Origin: Candidatus Marinacidobacterales bacterium
GTDB taxonomy: Bacteria > Acidobacteriota > Vicinamibacteria > Marinacidobacterales > DATDRI01
Assembly: GCA_965219415.1 (NCBI GenBank)
Contig: CBDCNP010000002.1
Span: forward strand, 5,312,001-5,376,000
Direction of reading: 5' to 3'
DNA length: 64,000 bases
The notes below the pieces were generated by a model that did not search any database, had not been told where the DNA came from, and was given only the letters and a program-made list of their open reading frames with translations. Positions 39,875 to 48,452 of the stretch are shown here, piece after piece. Each line of letters starts with the position of its first letter. The first letter of the stretch is position 1. A program made the position numbers and the translations under genes.

Positions 39875-40318
39875 ATGCCCCGCGAGCCCGCAGCACCCCA
39901 CCTCGTGATTCTCGCGGCCTGCGCTTCGGTGCTCCTCTTCGCCAGTCTTCTCACGCCAGCCTCGAACACGGAAGCGTCGCTTCTCATCGGCGGGAAAGCG
40001 GTACCGAATTTGTGTGTGATGAAACAAGCAATGGGGGTACCTTGCCCGGGGTGCGGGTTGACACGCTCAATGGTGGCCGCTGCAAACGCGGATTGGGCGG
40101 GAAGTCTGTCGCATCATCGGATCGGTATTCTTATTCTCGTCTACCTGGTCTTGCAGTCGTTGACGCGAATAGCCTGGTTGAGCCGACCGCGCCTTCGGGA
40201 GAAGCTGGCCCGCTATTGCCGCGTGCTCGATCTCAGCCTCATCCCCATTCTGATTCTCCTCTTCATCAATTGGATCCCCACCTTGCTCGATGTGCTGTCG
40301 GCACGCACCGCCCTGTAA
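39875..40318 (+). CDS. DUF2752-like membrane protein
   Basis: C...GVPCPGCGLTRS motif followed by TM helices. Confidence 0.8.
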   Translation: MPREPAAPHLVILAACASVLLFASLLTPASNTEASLLIGGKAVPNLCVMKQAMGVPCPGCGLTRSMVAAANADWAGSLSHHRIGILILVYLVLQSLTRIAWLSRPRLREKLARYCRVLDLSLIPILILLFINWIPTLLDVLSARTAL

Positions 40319-40321
40319 CCC

Positions 40322-40358
40322 AACAACAAAAAGCCCCGGCAGCTTTCGCCACCGGGGC
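40322..40358 (-). terminator. Intrinsic terminator between convergent genes
   Basis: GCCCCGG...CCGGGGC stem with a U-rich tail on the minus strand, just downstream of the sigma factor gene. Confidence 0.7.
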
Positions 40359-40372
40359 CGGTTGTTCTTCTC

Positions 40373-41521
40373 TTATTTTCTCAAGAAGTAACTCAGCGCA
40401 CGCCGATCTCCGGCCGCCCGGAGACGCTGTAGAGCCTCGACTTCGAGTTGGCGAACGCGCTCGCGCGTGAGGTTCAAGACCTTGCCAATCTCCTCGAGAT
40501 TGTATTCGGAGGTGAAGCCAATCCCGAAGCGCATGCGCACGATCAGCTGCTGACGAGGAGGTAAGAGCTCGAGAGTCGCTCCCACCTTCTCACGCATGTC
40601 GCGATCGACGACAGCCTGCCAAGGAGACTCCGACCGCTCGTCGGTCTGAAGCTCCCAGCGGGGGCTTCCGTCCTCGACCGCCAGCGCGTCCAGAGACTCG
40701 AGGTGGGGAATCGATTGCATGGCCGCTTCCACCTGGTAAGCCGGCGCGCCGACCGCCTTCGCGAGCTCCTTCGTGGTCGGTGCTCGTCCGAGTTGCTCCT
40801 CCAGCTTGACCTTGGAGCGGGTCGCGATCCGGACGAGCTCCAGCTTGTTGATGGGCACCTTAATGGTCCGTGACTTCTGCGACAAGGCTCGCGTGATGGC
40901 CTGGCGAATCCACCACGTAGCATAGGTCGAGAACTTCAGATTGCGGCGAGGGTCGAACCGCTCGACCGCCTGCATGAGCCCGATGTTTCCCTCTTGCACC
41001 AGGTCGGTAAGCTCCATGCCCATATTCTTGTAGCGCTTGGCGATCGAAACGACCAACCGAAGGTTGCTTTCGATCATCCGGGCCCTGGTCTCATCGAACT
41101 CCTTTTGAGCAGCCCGCCTCTTGCTTGTGGTCGAACCCTTGCGTTTGAGCGCCCGCTCGGACTTTCGCATGGCCCGAGAGACCTTCTGCTCCTGCTCTCG
41201 GTTGAGGAGCGGATGACGGTGCGTTTCCTTGAGGTACTGGCCAAGTGTGTCGAGCTCTCCCACACCGGGATTGGCGGTATGGGCGGTACTCGCGGTATGG
41301 GCGATACTCGCGGTAGCGGCGGTACGCGCTGGCACCTCGAGCTCCGGCTCCGCCGCCTCCACGGCGACGCGGCCGTCTACGTCCGCCTCGTAGGTGCTGT
41401 CGGAGATCTCGATATCAGTCGTTCTCATAAGTTCTTCCCTTTCCTGAGGACGGGCTCCCCTCCTCTCAAGTTCCATATCCTTCAAGTCCCGTGCCAAAGC
41501 GCGGTTTAGCCTCGATGTCAT
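40373..41521 (-). CDS. Sigma70-family factor (RpoD/RpoS-like, no region 1.1)
   Basis: NLRLVVSIAKRY, DLVQEGNIGL, KFSTYATWWIRQA and LTRERVRQLE motifs. Confidence 0.92.
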   Translation of the reverse strand: MTSRLNRALARDLKDMELERRGARPQEREELMRTTDIEISDSTYEADVDGRVAVEAAEPELEVPARTAATASIAHTASTAHTANPGVGELDTLGQYLKETHRHPLLNREQEQKVSRAMRKSERALKRKGSTTSKRRAAQKEFDETRARMIESNLRLVVSIAKRYKNMGMELTDLVQEGNIGLMQAVERFDPRRNLKFSTYATWWIRQAITRALSQKSRTIKVPINKLELVRIATRSKVKLEEQLGRAPTTKELAKAVGAPAYQVEAAMQSIPHLESLDALAVEDGSPRWELQTDERSESPWQAVVDRDMREKVGATLELLPPRQQLIVRMRFGIGFTSEYNLEEIGKVLNLTRERVRQLEVEALQRLRAAGDRRALSYFLRK

Positions 41522-41651
41522 TACTAATCAGCGAGTTAGAGCTTTTGAGGGGGTTTCTCGCCTGAGCCGAAAGCCTCAAACCTTTACACTCCCTGTCCAC
41601 TTTTTACCCCTTCCGCGTCCTCATTATTCCGGGAACCCCTCCATTTCCCAT

Positions 41652-41685
41652 TAAACTTGACCAAAAAGATGAGGATTTATAGTAT
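41652..41685 (+). promoter_or_regulatory. Sigma70 promoter of the cysM operon, overlapped by an AT-rich imperfect palindrome
   Basis: TTGACC-N17-TAGTAT inside TAAACTTGACCAAAAAGATGAGGATTTA. Confidence 0.5.
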
Positions 41686-41737
41686 GCATAGGTATACAAA
41701 GTCCGCAAGGAACCGACCACTTAGGGAGAGCTGGGTC

Positions 41738-42688
41738 TTGACGAAACCCAGAATGCTAAGCTATTCCGACACGGGTGCTTCCGCCCGATCGAGGTCCTTG
41801 GAAGAGGCCATTGGTGGGACCCCTTTGCTCAGGATCGGGGAGAGCCAAACTTCTCCCACCGAGATTTACGCCAAGGCCGAGTGGCTCAATCCAGGGGGCT
41901 CGGTTAAGGATCGTGCCGCCCGGGAGATGTTGCAGGAAGGCGAAAAGAATGGCCACCTTAAACCGGGCAAAGTCATCCTCGAGGCCACCAGCGGCAACAC
42001 CGGGATCGCCCTCGCCATGTTGGGAGCCGCGAAAGGCTACCGCGTTCGAGTGTGTCTCCCCGCCAATGCCAGCAAGGAACGGAAACAGATCCTTCGAGCG
42101 TATGGGGCGGAGCTCATAGAAACGAGCGCCCTCGAAGGAACCGATGGTGCTATCGTCAGGGCTCGCCGACTTTCCGCCCAGAAGCCGGACCTTTACTTTT
42201 ATCCGGATCAGTACAACAATCTGGCAAACTGGCAGGCTCACTATCGGACGACGGCCGAGGAAATTTGGGAACAAACCGGGGGACGTCTGACTCACTTCGT
42301 CGCAGGGCTCGGAACGAGCGGAACCTTCGTCGGGAACAGCCGCAGGCTCAAGGAGCTGTCCCCGGCGATCCGGTGCATCTCCTTCCAGCCCGATTCACCG
42401 ATGCACGCCATCGAAGGCTTGAAGCACATGGAGACCGCCATGGTGCCGGGGATTTATGACGATACGATTGCCGACGAGACGCTGGCGATTCGGACCGAGG
42501 ATGCCTACCAGGCTTGCCTACGACTATCCCGGGATCGCGGTCTTTTCGTTGGCCTTTCCTCCGGTGCCGCCTGGGTCGCCGCTCAGCAAGTTGCCGAGCT
42601 GGTCAACGACGGTTTGGTGGTCACGATCTTCCCCGACGGTGGCGACAAGTATCTCTCCGAGGGACCCTGGAAGCGTGAAGTCCCGTGA
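41738..42688 (+). CDS. cysM: PLP-dependent cysteine synthase (CysM-like)
   Basis: NPGGSVKDR, ATSGNTG, GLGTSGT and GLSSGA motifs. The exact start is uncertain. Confidence 0.88.
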   Translation: MTKPRMLSYSDTGASARSRSLEEAIGGTPLLRIGESQTSPTEIYAKAEWLNPGGSVKDRAAREMLQEGEKNGHLKPGKVILEATSGNTGIALAMLGAAKGYRVRVCLPANASKERKQILRAYGAELIETSALEGTDGAIVRARRLSAQKPDLYFYPDQYNNLANWQAHYRTTAEEIWEQTGGRLTHFVAGLGTSGTFVGNSRRLKELSPAIRCISFQPDSPMHAIEGLKHMETAMVPGIYDDTIADETLAIRTEDAYQACLRLSRDRGLFVGLSSGAAWVAAQQVAELVNDGLVVTIFPDGGDKYLSEGPWKREVP

Positions 42689-43113
42689 TTCGAATCCCTG
42701 AACATCTGCTAGAAACCATCCGCGGTCATGGCCGAGAAAGCTACCGCGACGAAGCATGTGGCGTCATGCTCGGACGGCAGGAAGGGCCGGACTTGAACAT
42801 CAAGGACGTTCGGGACGTGCTCCCGCTTGCCAACTCTCGAGACGGTGAGCGTCACCGCCGCTTTCTCGTCACCCCAAAGGACTACCAGCGAGCCGAAGCC
42901 GAGGCGTCGGCACGCGGAATGACCTTGCTGGGTTTTTACCACTCGCACCCCGATCACCCGGCGTTTCCTTCGGGGTATGATTTGGCACATGCGTTTCCTT
43001 TCTTTTCGTACGTCATCGTTTCCGTCCAGAAGGGCGAGCCGACCGAAGTGCGGTCTTTCGTGATGAGGGAGGACCGCTCGGCCTTCGATACAGAGGAGCT
43101 TCAGACGGTTTAG
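42685..43113 (+). CDS. JAB/JAMM (Mov34, M67) metallopeptidase, Mec-like
   Basis: EACG...YHSHPDHPAFPSGYD JAMM motif. Confidence 0.92.
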   Translation: MIRIPEHLLETIRGHGRESYRDEACGVMLGRQEGPDLNIKDVRDVLPLANSRDGERHRRFLVTPKDYQRAEAEASARGMTLLGFYHSHPDHPAFPSGYDLAHAFPFFSYVIVSVQKGEPTEVRSFVMREDRSAFDTEELQTV

Positions 43114-43147
43114 GCTTCCAGCGATTTCCAAAGAAGGAGTACTTGTT

Positions 43148-44605
43148 ATGGCGGTCAAGGTAATGATTCCCACCCCTCTTCGGGCTTACACCGACAATCT
43201 CGAGGCCATCGAGCTCGAGGGCAATACCGTGGCCGAGTTGCTCGCCAATCTCGCCGAACGGTACGGGTCCCTGAAGAAACATTTATTCAATGATGAAGGG
43301 AAGCTCCGAAACTTCGTCAACGTCTACGTCAACGAAGAGGATATCCGATACCTGTCGCGGGAAGAGACTCCGGTCAAGGACTCCGACGTGGTCAGCATCG
43401 TGCCCAGCATTGCTGGGGGGGGCGGCGGTGCAACCGGTACCGCCAGTACCAGCGTGACCTTCAGTCACGACGAGATCCAACGCTACAGCCGACACCTCAT
43501 CATGCCCGAAGTGGGCATGGAGGGTCAGGCGAAGCTGAAACAAGCTAAGGTACTGCTCATCGGCGCCGGGGGTTTGGGTGCTCCTTTGGGGCTCTATCTG
43601 GCGGCCGCAGGGGTCGGTCGCATCGGGCTCGTGGACTTCGACGTCGTCGACACTTCGAACCTGCAGCGACAAGTGACCTACTCAACGAGCGATGTCGGAC
43701 GGCCCAAACTCGAGGTCGCCAAGGAGCGACTATCAGGAATCAATCCACACATTCAGATCGACACCCACGAGGCCCGGCTGAGCTCGGAGAACGCTCTCGA
43801 GCTCTTCCAGGACTACGACATCATTGCAGACGGCACCGACAACTTTCCGACTCGCTATTTGGTGAACGACGCCTGCGTGCTTCTCGGAAAGCCCAACGTT
43901 TACGGAAGTATTTTTCGCTTCGAGGGTCAGGCCTCCGTCTTTTACGCGAAGGAAGGACCCTGCTACCGCTGCCTCTATCCCGAGCCACCCCCACCAGGCC
44001 TCGTCCCGAGCTGCGCGGAAGGCGGAGTCTTGGGGGTCCTCCCCGGGATCGTGGGCACCTTGCAAGCGCTCGAAGTCGTTAAACTGATTTTGGGACAAGG
44101 GAATCCTCTCATTGGAAGGCTTCTTCTCTTCGATGCTCTCAAAATGAACTTCCGGGAGCTGAGACTCCGGAAAGATCCCGATTGCATGCTGTGTGGGGAG
44201 CACGCCACCATCACCGAGCTCATCGACTACGAGCAGTTCTGCGGCATCCCCCGCGAGGAACCGGCGGCAGCGAGCGCTGGAGCAAGCGTGCCAACGATAT
44301 CCGTCGAGGAGCTTAAGACTCTCATGGACAAGAAAGAGGACGTCTTCATCCTAGACGTACGGGAAACGCAGGAGTGGAACATCGCCCACTTGGACGATGC
44401 CAAGCTGATCCCGCTCGGAGATCTCCCTCAGGCCGTGAATCAGTTGAGCTCGGCGGACGAGATCGTCGTTCATTGCCGAAGCGGTGCGAGAAGCGCCAAG
44501 GCTGTCCAGTTCCTGATGGGCATGGGCTTTCGAAAAGTAAGAAATCTCGAAGGAGGGATCCTCGCCTGGGCGGAGCGCATCGACCCTTCTCTACCTCGCT
44601 ACTGA
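43148..44605 (+). CDS. moeB: Fusion of MoaD/CysO-like ubiquitin-fold sulfur carrier + MoeB/E1 adenylyltransferase + rhodanese
   Basis: N-terminal Ubl ending IVPSIAGG, then RYSRH, GAGGLG, SNLQRQ, CYRC, PSCAEGGVLG, and a C-terminal rhodanese CRSGARS. Confidence 0.92.
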   Translation: MAVKVMIPTPLRAYTDNLEAIELEGNTVAELLANLAERYGSLKKHLFNDEGKLRNFVNVYVNEEDIRYLSREETPVKDSDVVSIVPSIAGGGGGATGTASTSVTFSHDEIQRYSRHLIMPEVGMEGQAKLKQAKVLLIGAGGLGAPLGLYLAAAGVGRIGLVDFDVVDTSNLQRQVTYSTSDVGRPKLEVAKERLSGINPHIQIDTHEARLSSENALELFQDYDIIADGTDNFPTRYLVNDACVLLGKPNVYGSIFRFEGQASVFYAKEGPCYRCLYPEPPPPGLVPSCAEGGVLGVLPGIVGTLQALEVVKLILGQGNPLIGRLLLFDALKMNFRELRLRKDPDCMLCGEHATITELIDYEQFCGIPREEPAAASAGASVPTISVEELKTLMDKKEDVFILDVRETQEWNIAHLDDAKLIPLGDLPQAVNQLSSADEIVVHCRSGARSAKAVQFLMGMGFRKVRNLEGGILAWAERIDPSLPRY

Positions 44606-44650
44606 GCCGGCTTTTGACAGTCTCGAGACTTCTACGATAGAAATCTGTTT

Positions 44651-45319
44651 GTGGGTGAGCTCAACGATTCCGTAAAAGAGGAAGTTGCGGGCACGCTTCG
44701 CGATGTACGTGAGCGCGTGCGCTCGGAAGACAATCCCTCACCCAAGCCCTCCCCCTATCCGACGCCGTCTGAGCCGCATGCTCCACTGGGTTCGGTCCAG
44801 TCGCCGGAACGGCCATCGACGAGGGTCCCGACCTCGCCGAGCACCGAACAGTTGAACGCGTCCTGGGACATCTCCACCGCTCTCGGGACCCTGCCCTCAG
44901 GTCGAATGGCGCGGATTTTCTCTCCGCTGCGCCGCCAGCTCCAGAGACTCGTTCGCTTCGCCTTCGGTCCCGTCGTCGATCGCCAGGTCGAGGTCAACTC
45001 CGCGCAAGTCCGGTTCAACAACGAACTGGTGCAGTACATCGACACGCGATTGGATCGGATTTCGGCGCACTACGACCAGGTGCTCGGGCTGCATGGGAAG
45101 CGGATGGAAGAAATCGACGAGCGCCATCTGATTCTTCAACAAGAGCTGGTAAGGCACGTGCACGAGCTGGTTAAGCGCATCGATTTCGTTTTCGAAAACG
45201 CGGAGCAAAACCACCTCTACCTCGAGGGCATGCTTAAAGAGGCGCGAGAGGAGCTTCGCGACATCGCTCAAAAGACTCGCCGGCTGGAGGAGAAGCTGTC
45301 AGCCTCGACGAAAAGCTGA
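44651..45319 (+). CDS. Coiled-coil hypothetical protein in a glycosyltransferase operon
   Basis: 222 aa with a heptad-rich C-terminal half, directly upstream of two GT4 genes. Confidence 0.6.
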   Translation: MGELNDSVKEEVAGTLRDVRERVRSEDNPSPKPSPYPTPSEPHAPLGSVQSPERPSTRVPTSPSTEQLNASWDISTALGTLPSGRMARIFSPLRRQLQRLVRFAFGPVVDRQVEVNSAQVRFNNELVQYIDTRLDRISAHYDQVLGLHGKRMEEIDERHLILQQELVRHVHELVKRIDFVFENAEQNHLYLEGMLKEAREELRDIAQKTRRLEEKLSASTKS

Positions 45320-45331
45320 GCCCTACACCAA

Positions 45332-46378
45332 ATGCCTCGCCGAGCAATCTGCATTTGTGCCGTCCAGGCTCCGCTGATCACCGGGGGAGCCGAGATCTTA
45401 GTCGGCGAGCTCGCTGCACAGCTCAAGACGAGAGGCTATGCGGTCGACGTCGTCAACATCCCCTTCAAGTGGTATCCGGTTCAAGACCTCATCAAGCAAG
45501 CTCTTCTCTGGCGCTGGGTAGAGATCACCGAGTCGAATGGCATGCCGATCGACATGGTCATCGCTACGAAATTTCCATCGTACCTCGTTCGACATCCGGC
45601 CAAAGTCACTTGGCTCTTCCACCAGCACCGCGAGGTCTACGATCTGTATGGAACCCCGTATTGCAGTTTCACCGACGATCCCGAGGAACAGGAGATCCGG
45701 CAAACGATCATCCGCATGGACAGCAAAACACTGCGCGAGTCTCACTCTGTCTTCACGATTTCGCAAAACGTGTCTTCCCGGCTCCAGCGCTACAACGACA
45801 TTCAATCGACGCCCTTGTACCCTCCGCCAAATTATATGGGTCGATATCGAGGTGGCTCTTTCGGTGACTATGCGCTGTTCGCGGGACGACTAGACCCGTT
45901 GAAGCGATGCGATCTCCTGGTGGACGCTTTTCGCCACATCGGAGAAGCCAAGTTGGTCATCGCTGGAACCGGGCCTCAACGAGAGAACCTGGAGCGCCAG
46001 ATCGAGCGGCTCGGGCTTAAGGACCGCGTACTGCTAAAGGGCTTCGTACCTGATGAAGAGCTACTCGAGCTCTACGCCGGAGCCTTCGCTGTTCTCTATG
46101 CCCCCCTCGATGAAGACTACGGCTACGTCACGGTGGAAGCTTTCATGTCCGGGAAGCCGGTCGTGACCTGCAACGACTCCGGAGGAACCTTGGAGTTCGT
46201 AGACCATGAAGTGAACGGCTTCGTCGTCGAGCCACGAGCCGAGGCTATCGCCGAGGCGGTCGAGAATCTCTTCGCCCATCGCGATCGGGCCCGGGAGATG
46301 GGAGAACAGGGCAAACCCAAGGTAAGCGGGATCGGCTGGGACCACGTCATCGACTCCCTTACCACTTCCCTCCGATGA
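45332..46378 (+). CDS. Glycosyltransferase family 4
   Basis: GGAE, GRLDPLKR and EDYGYVTVEA motifs. Confidence 0.92.
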   Translation: MPRRAICICAVQAPLITGGAEILVGELAAQLKTRGYAVDVVNIPFKWYPVQDLIKQALLWRWVEITESNGMPIDMVIATKFPSYLVRHPAKVTWLFHQHREVYDLYGTPYCSFTDDPEEQEIRQTIIRMDSKTLRESHSVFTISQNVSSRLQRYNDIQSTPLYPPPNYMGRYRGGSFGDYALFAGRLDPLKRCDLLVDAFRHIGEAKLVIAGTGPQRENLERQIERLGLKDRVLLKGFVPDEELLELYAGAFAVLYAPLDEDYGYVTVEAFMSGKPVVTCNDSGGTLEFVDHEVNGFVVEPRAEAIAEAVENLFAHRDRAREMGEQGKPKVSGIGWDHVIDSLTTSLR

Positions 46379-47736
46379 AGATCGCCTACTGGAGTCCGCT
46401 CAGCCCGATGGGAACGGGCGTTGCCGATTATAGCGAAGAGCTTCTTCCCTATCTCACAGATGGGGCGGAGATCCATTTGTTTATGGACGGCTATACGCCG
46501 TCCGGGCCCGCCATCATCGAACAATTCCCGTGGCACCAAGCGAGGGAGTTCGAAGAAGTCAACCAGCGAGAGCAATTCGATCTGAACCTGTACCAGCTTG
46601 GCAACAGTTCCTACCACCGTTACGCCCTCAACGCCGCCCTTCGTTTTCCGGGCGTTGTCGTGTTGCACGATCTCGTTCTCCAGCATCTGTTTCTTGGTCT
46701 TTCCGTGGAGCGCGCCAACGTCGAGCTCTACGTGGCGGAGATGAAACGGGCCTACGGCGACCGCGGGGCTGCGTTAGGAAGGCAGATCGCGCTGGCGTTG
46801 GGAAGCGATCTACTAGTCTCCAAGTTTCCGTTGTGCGAAAGAGTCGTCGAAAGAAGCTATGGGGTATTGGTTTTGACGCGCTTCATGCAGGGGTGGTTGA
46901 GGCGTCGGTTTGGAAGCATGCCGGTGGGTAAGTTCATTGGTAAGGCGCCACACCATTACGCACCCCCGCCCGCTCTCCCTACGACGGAGGTTGCCGAGGC
47001 CCGTAGGATACTTGGCCTACCTCAGGACGGCTTCCTGGTCTCGTCTTTCGGCCTCGTTACGCGAGCCAAACGCATGGAGGAAGCGCTCGAGGGGTTTCGC
47101 CTGTTTGCTCGAAACCGGCCGGAAGCCCGCTTCCTGATCGTCGGCGAGGTGCAAAAGGGCTTTCCCATCGAAGCCCACACCCGCTCACCGGAGCTCAAGG
47201 ACAAGATCGTGGTGACCGGGCGACAGCCGATGGATCGCTTCTACCTCTACATGCTCGCGTCAGACGTCGTCGTGAACCTCAGATTCCCCTCGACCGGAGA
47301 GCTCTCCGGCACTCTTATCCGAACCCTGGGCATGGGCAAACCGGTCCTCGTCTCCAATACCGGTCCATTCCTAGAGTTCCCGGAATACACGGTGGCTAGG
47401 ATCGATTTGGGACCACCGGAGGTGAAAGAAATCGCGAGGACTCTCGAGCTATTCGCCAGCCGGCCCGAACTGAGGCGTGACATGGGGCGATACGCGCGGG
47501 AGCACGTCGAAGAAACCTACAGCCTCCGCGCGGAAGCGAAGGCCTATTTGGCGTTTCTCGAAGAAGTGCTCGCCGGTCTGCACGCCGGAAAAGTAGCCCC
47601 GCCACCCCCCTTCGAACAAGCCGATCTGGCGGCCGCGATCACCGCCACCATCTCGGACATGCCGCTGGGCGGCACGTTTGGATTGGAAACCGTGCGGGAA
47701 GCGTTGAGGAGTGCTACAGAAGATGGCGCGCAGTAA
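46375..47736 (+). CDS. Glycosyltransferase family 4-like
   Basis: MKIAYWSPL...GVADYS, YQLGNS, VVVLHD and GELSG motifs. Confidence 0.85.
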   Translation: MKIAYWSPLSPMGTGVADYSEELLPYLTDGAEIHLFMDGYTPSGPAIIEQFPWHQAREFEEVNQREQFDLNLYQLGNSSYHRYALNAALRFPGVVVLHDLVLQHLFLGLSVERANVELYVAEMKRAYGDRGAALGRQIALALGSDLLVSKFPLCERVVERSYGVLVLTRFMQGWLRRRFGSMPVGKFIGKAPHHYAPPPALPTTEVAEARRILGLPQDGFLVSSFGLVTRAKRMEEALEGFRLFARNRPEARFLIVGEVQKGFPIEAHTRSPELKDKIVVTGRQPMDRFYLYMLASDVVVNLRFPSTGELSGTLIRTLGMGKPVLVSNTGPFLEFPEYTVARIDLGPPEVKEIARTLELFASRPELRRDMGRYAREHVEETYSLRAEAKAYLAFLEEVLAGLHAGKVAPPPPFEQADLAAAITATISDMPLGGTFGLETVREALRSATEDGAQ

Positions 47737-47756
47737 AGGAGGAAGCCAGCCATATA

Positions 47757-47791
47757 CCCTCACCCCGGCCCTCTCCCAGAGGGAGAGGGAG
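47757..47791 (+). repeat. REP-like palindromic element between convergent genes
   Basis: CCCTCACCCCGGCCCTCTCCCAGAGGGAGAGGGAG forms a perfect CCCTCTCCC/GGGAGAGGG hairpin. Confidence 0.8.
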
Positions 47792-47814
47792 TAACGGAAA
47801 GAAGCCAACTTCTA

Positions 47815-48444
47815 TTACCACACGTACCTTCGCACGTGCGCCCGCGACTTGAGATCTGAAATCCAGCGTTCCACGCGCTCGTTGAACGCCTTCTCTTCTA
47901 GGATTCTTCGGATGCTTCCCGCCACGCTCTCCAGAAGCGGTACCGCTTCGCCGGCGTCGTCGAGGACCGGAAGGAGCTCGTCGTCGTAGTACTTTTCGAT
48001 GTCGACATCGGTTACGTAGACGAGTGGCCGGAACCGACGCTCCAAGTAACGCTGGACTGTCAGTTGCTTTCTCACCAACGCTTCCATCTCGTCCAGAGTC
48101 ATCACCCGAGAATCCCTGAGCGTGTCCCCCGAAGAAAAGGACTCACCGATCGAGTCCAGCACTTCGTCGATTCGTTCTTGGGTAATAGACTCTTCGGGAT
48201 AGCGATTTACTTCCCTCTCCACCAGACGCGCTTCGATGAGTCTCTCAACCACATCTTCCATCGAGAGTTCCTGTTGACCACGGAGGGTGCGCAGCTCCGT
48301 TGCTTGCTCGACTTCGGACAGGGTGATTACGTCGCGGTCAACGACGGCGGCAATCCGATCGACGATTTCCGCTCGCGCACTGGGTGCGACGGCTGCGCCC
48401 ACCAGAAGTAAGCCCGCGATTTGCATCGGTCGTGTCTTGTTCAC
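47815..48444 (-). CDS. SurA N-terminal-domain chaperone-like protein
   Basis: Signal peptide, EIVDRIAAVV..DVITLSE, and C-terminal WISDLKSRAHV. Confidence 0.75.
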   Translation of the reverse strand: MNKTRPMQIAGLLLVGAAVAPSARAEIVDRIAAVVDRDVITLSEVEQATELRTLRGQQELSMEDVVERLIEARLVEREVNRYPEESITQERIDEVLDSIGESFSSGDTLRDSRVMTLDEMEALVRKQLTVQRYLERRFRPLVYVTDVDIEKYYDDELLPVLDDAGEAVPLLESVAGSIRRILEEKAFNERVERWISDLKSRAHVRRYVW

Positions 48445-48452
48445 GCTTCTCC

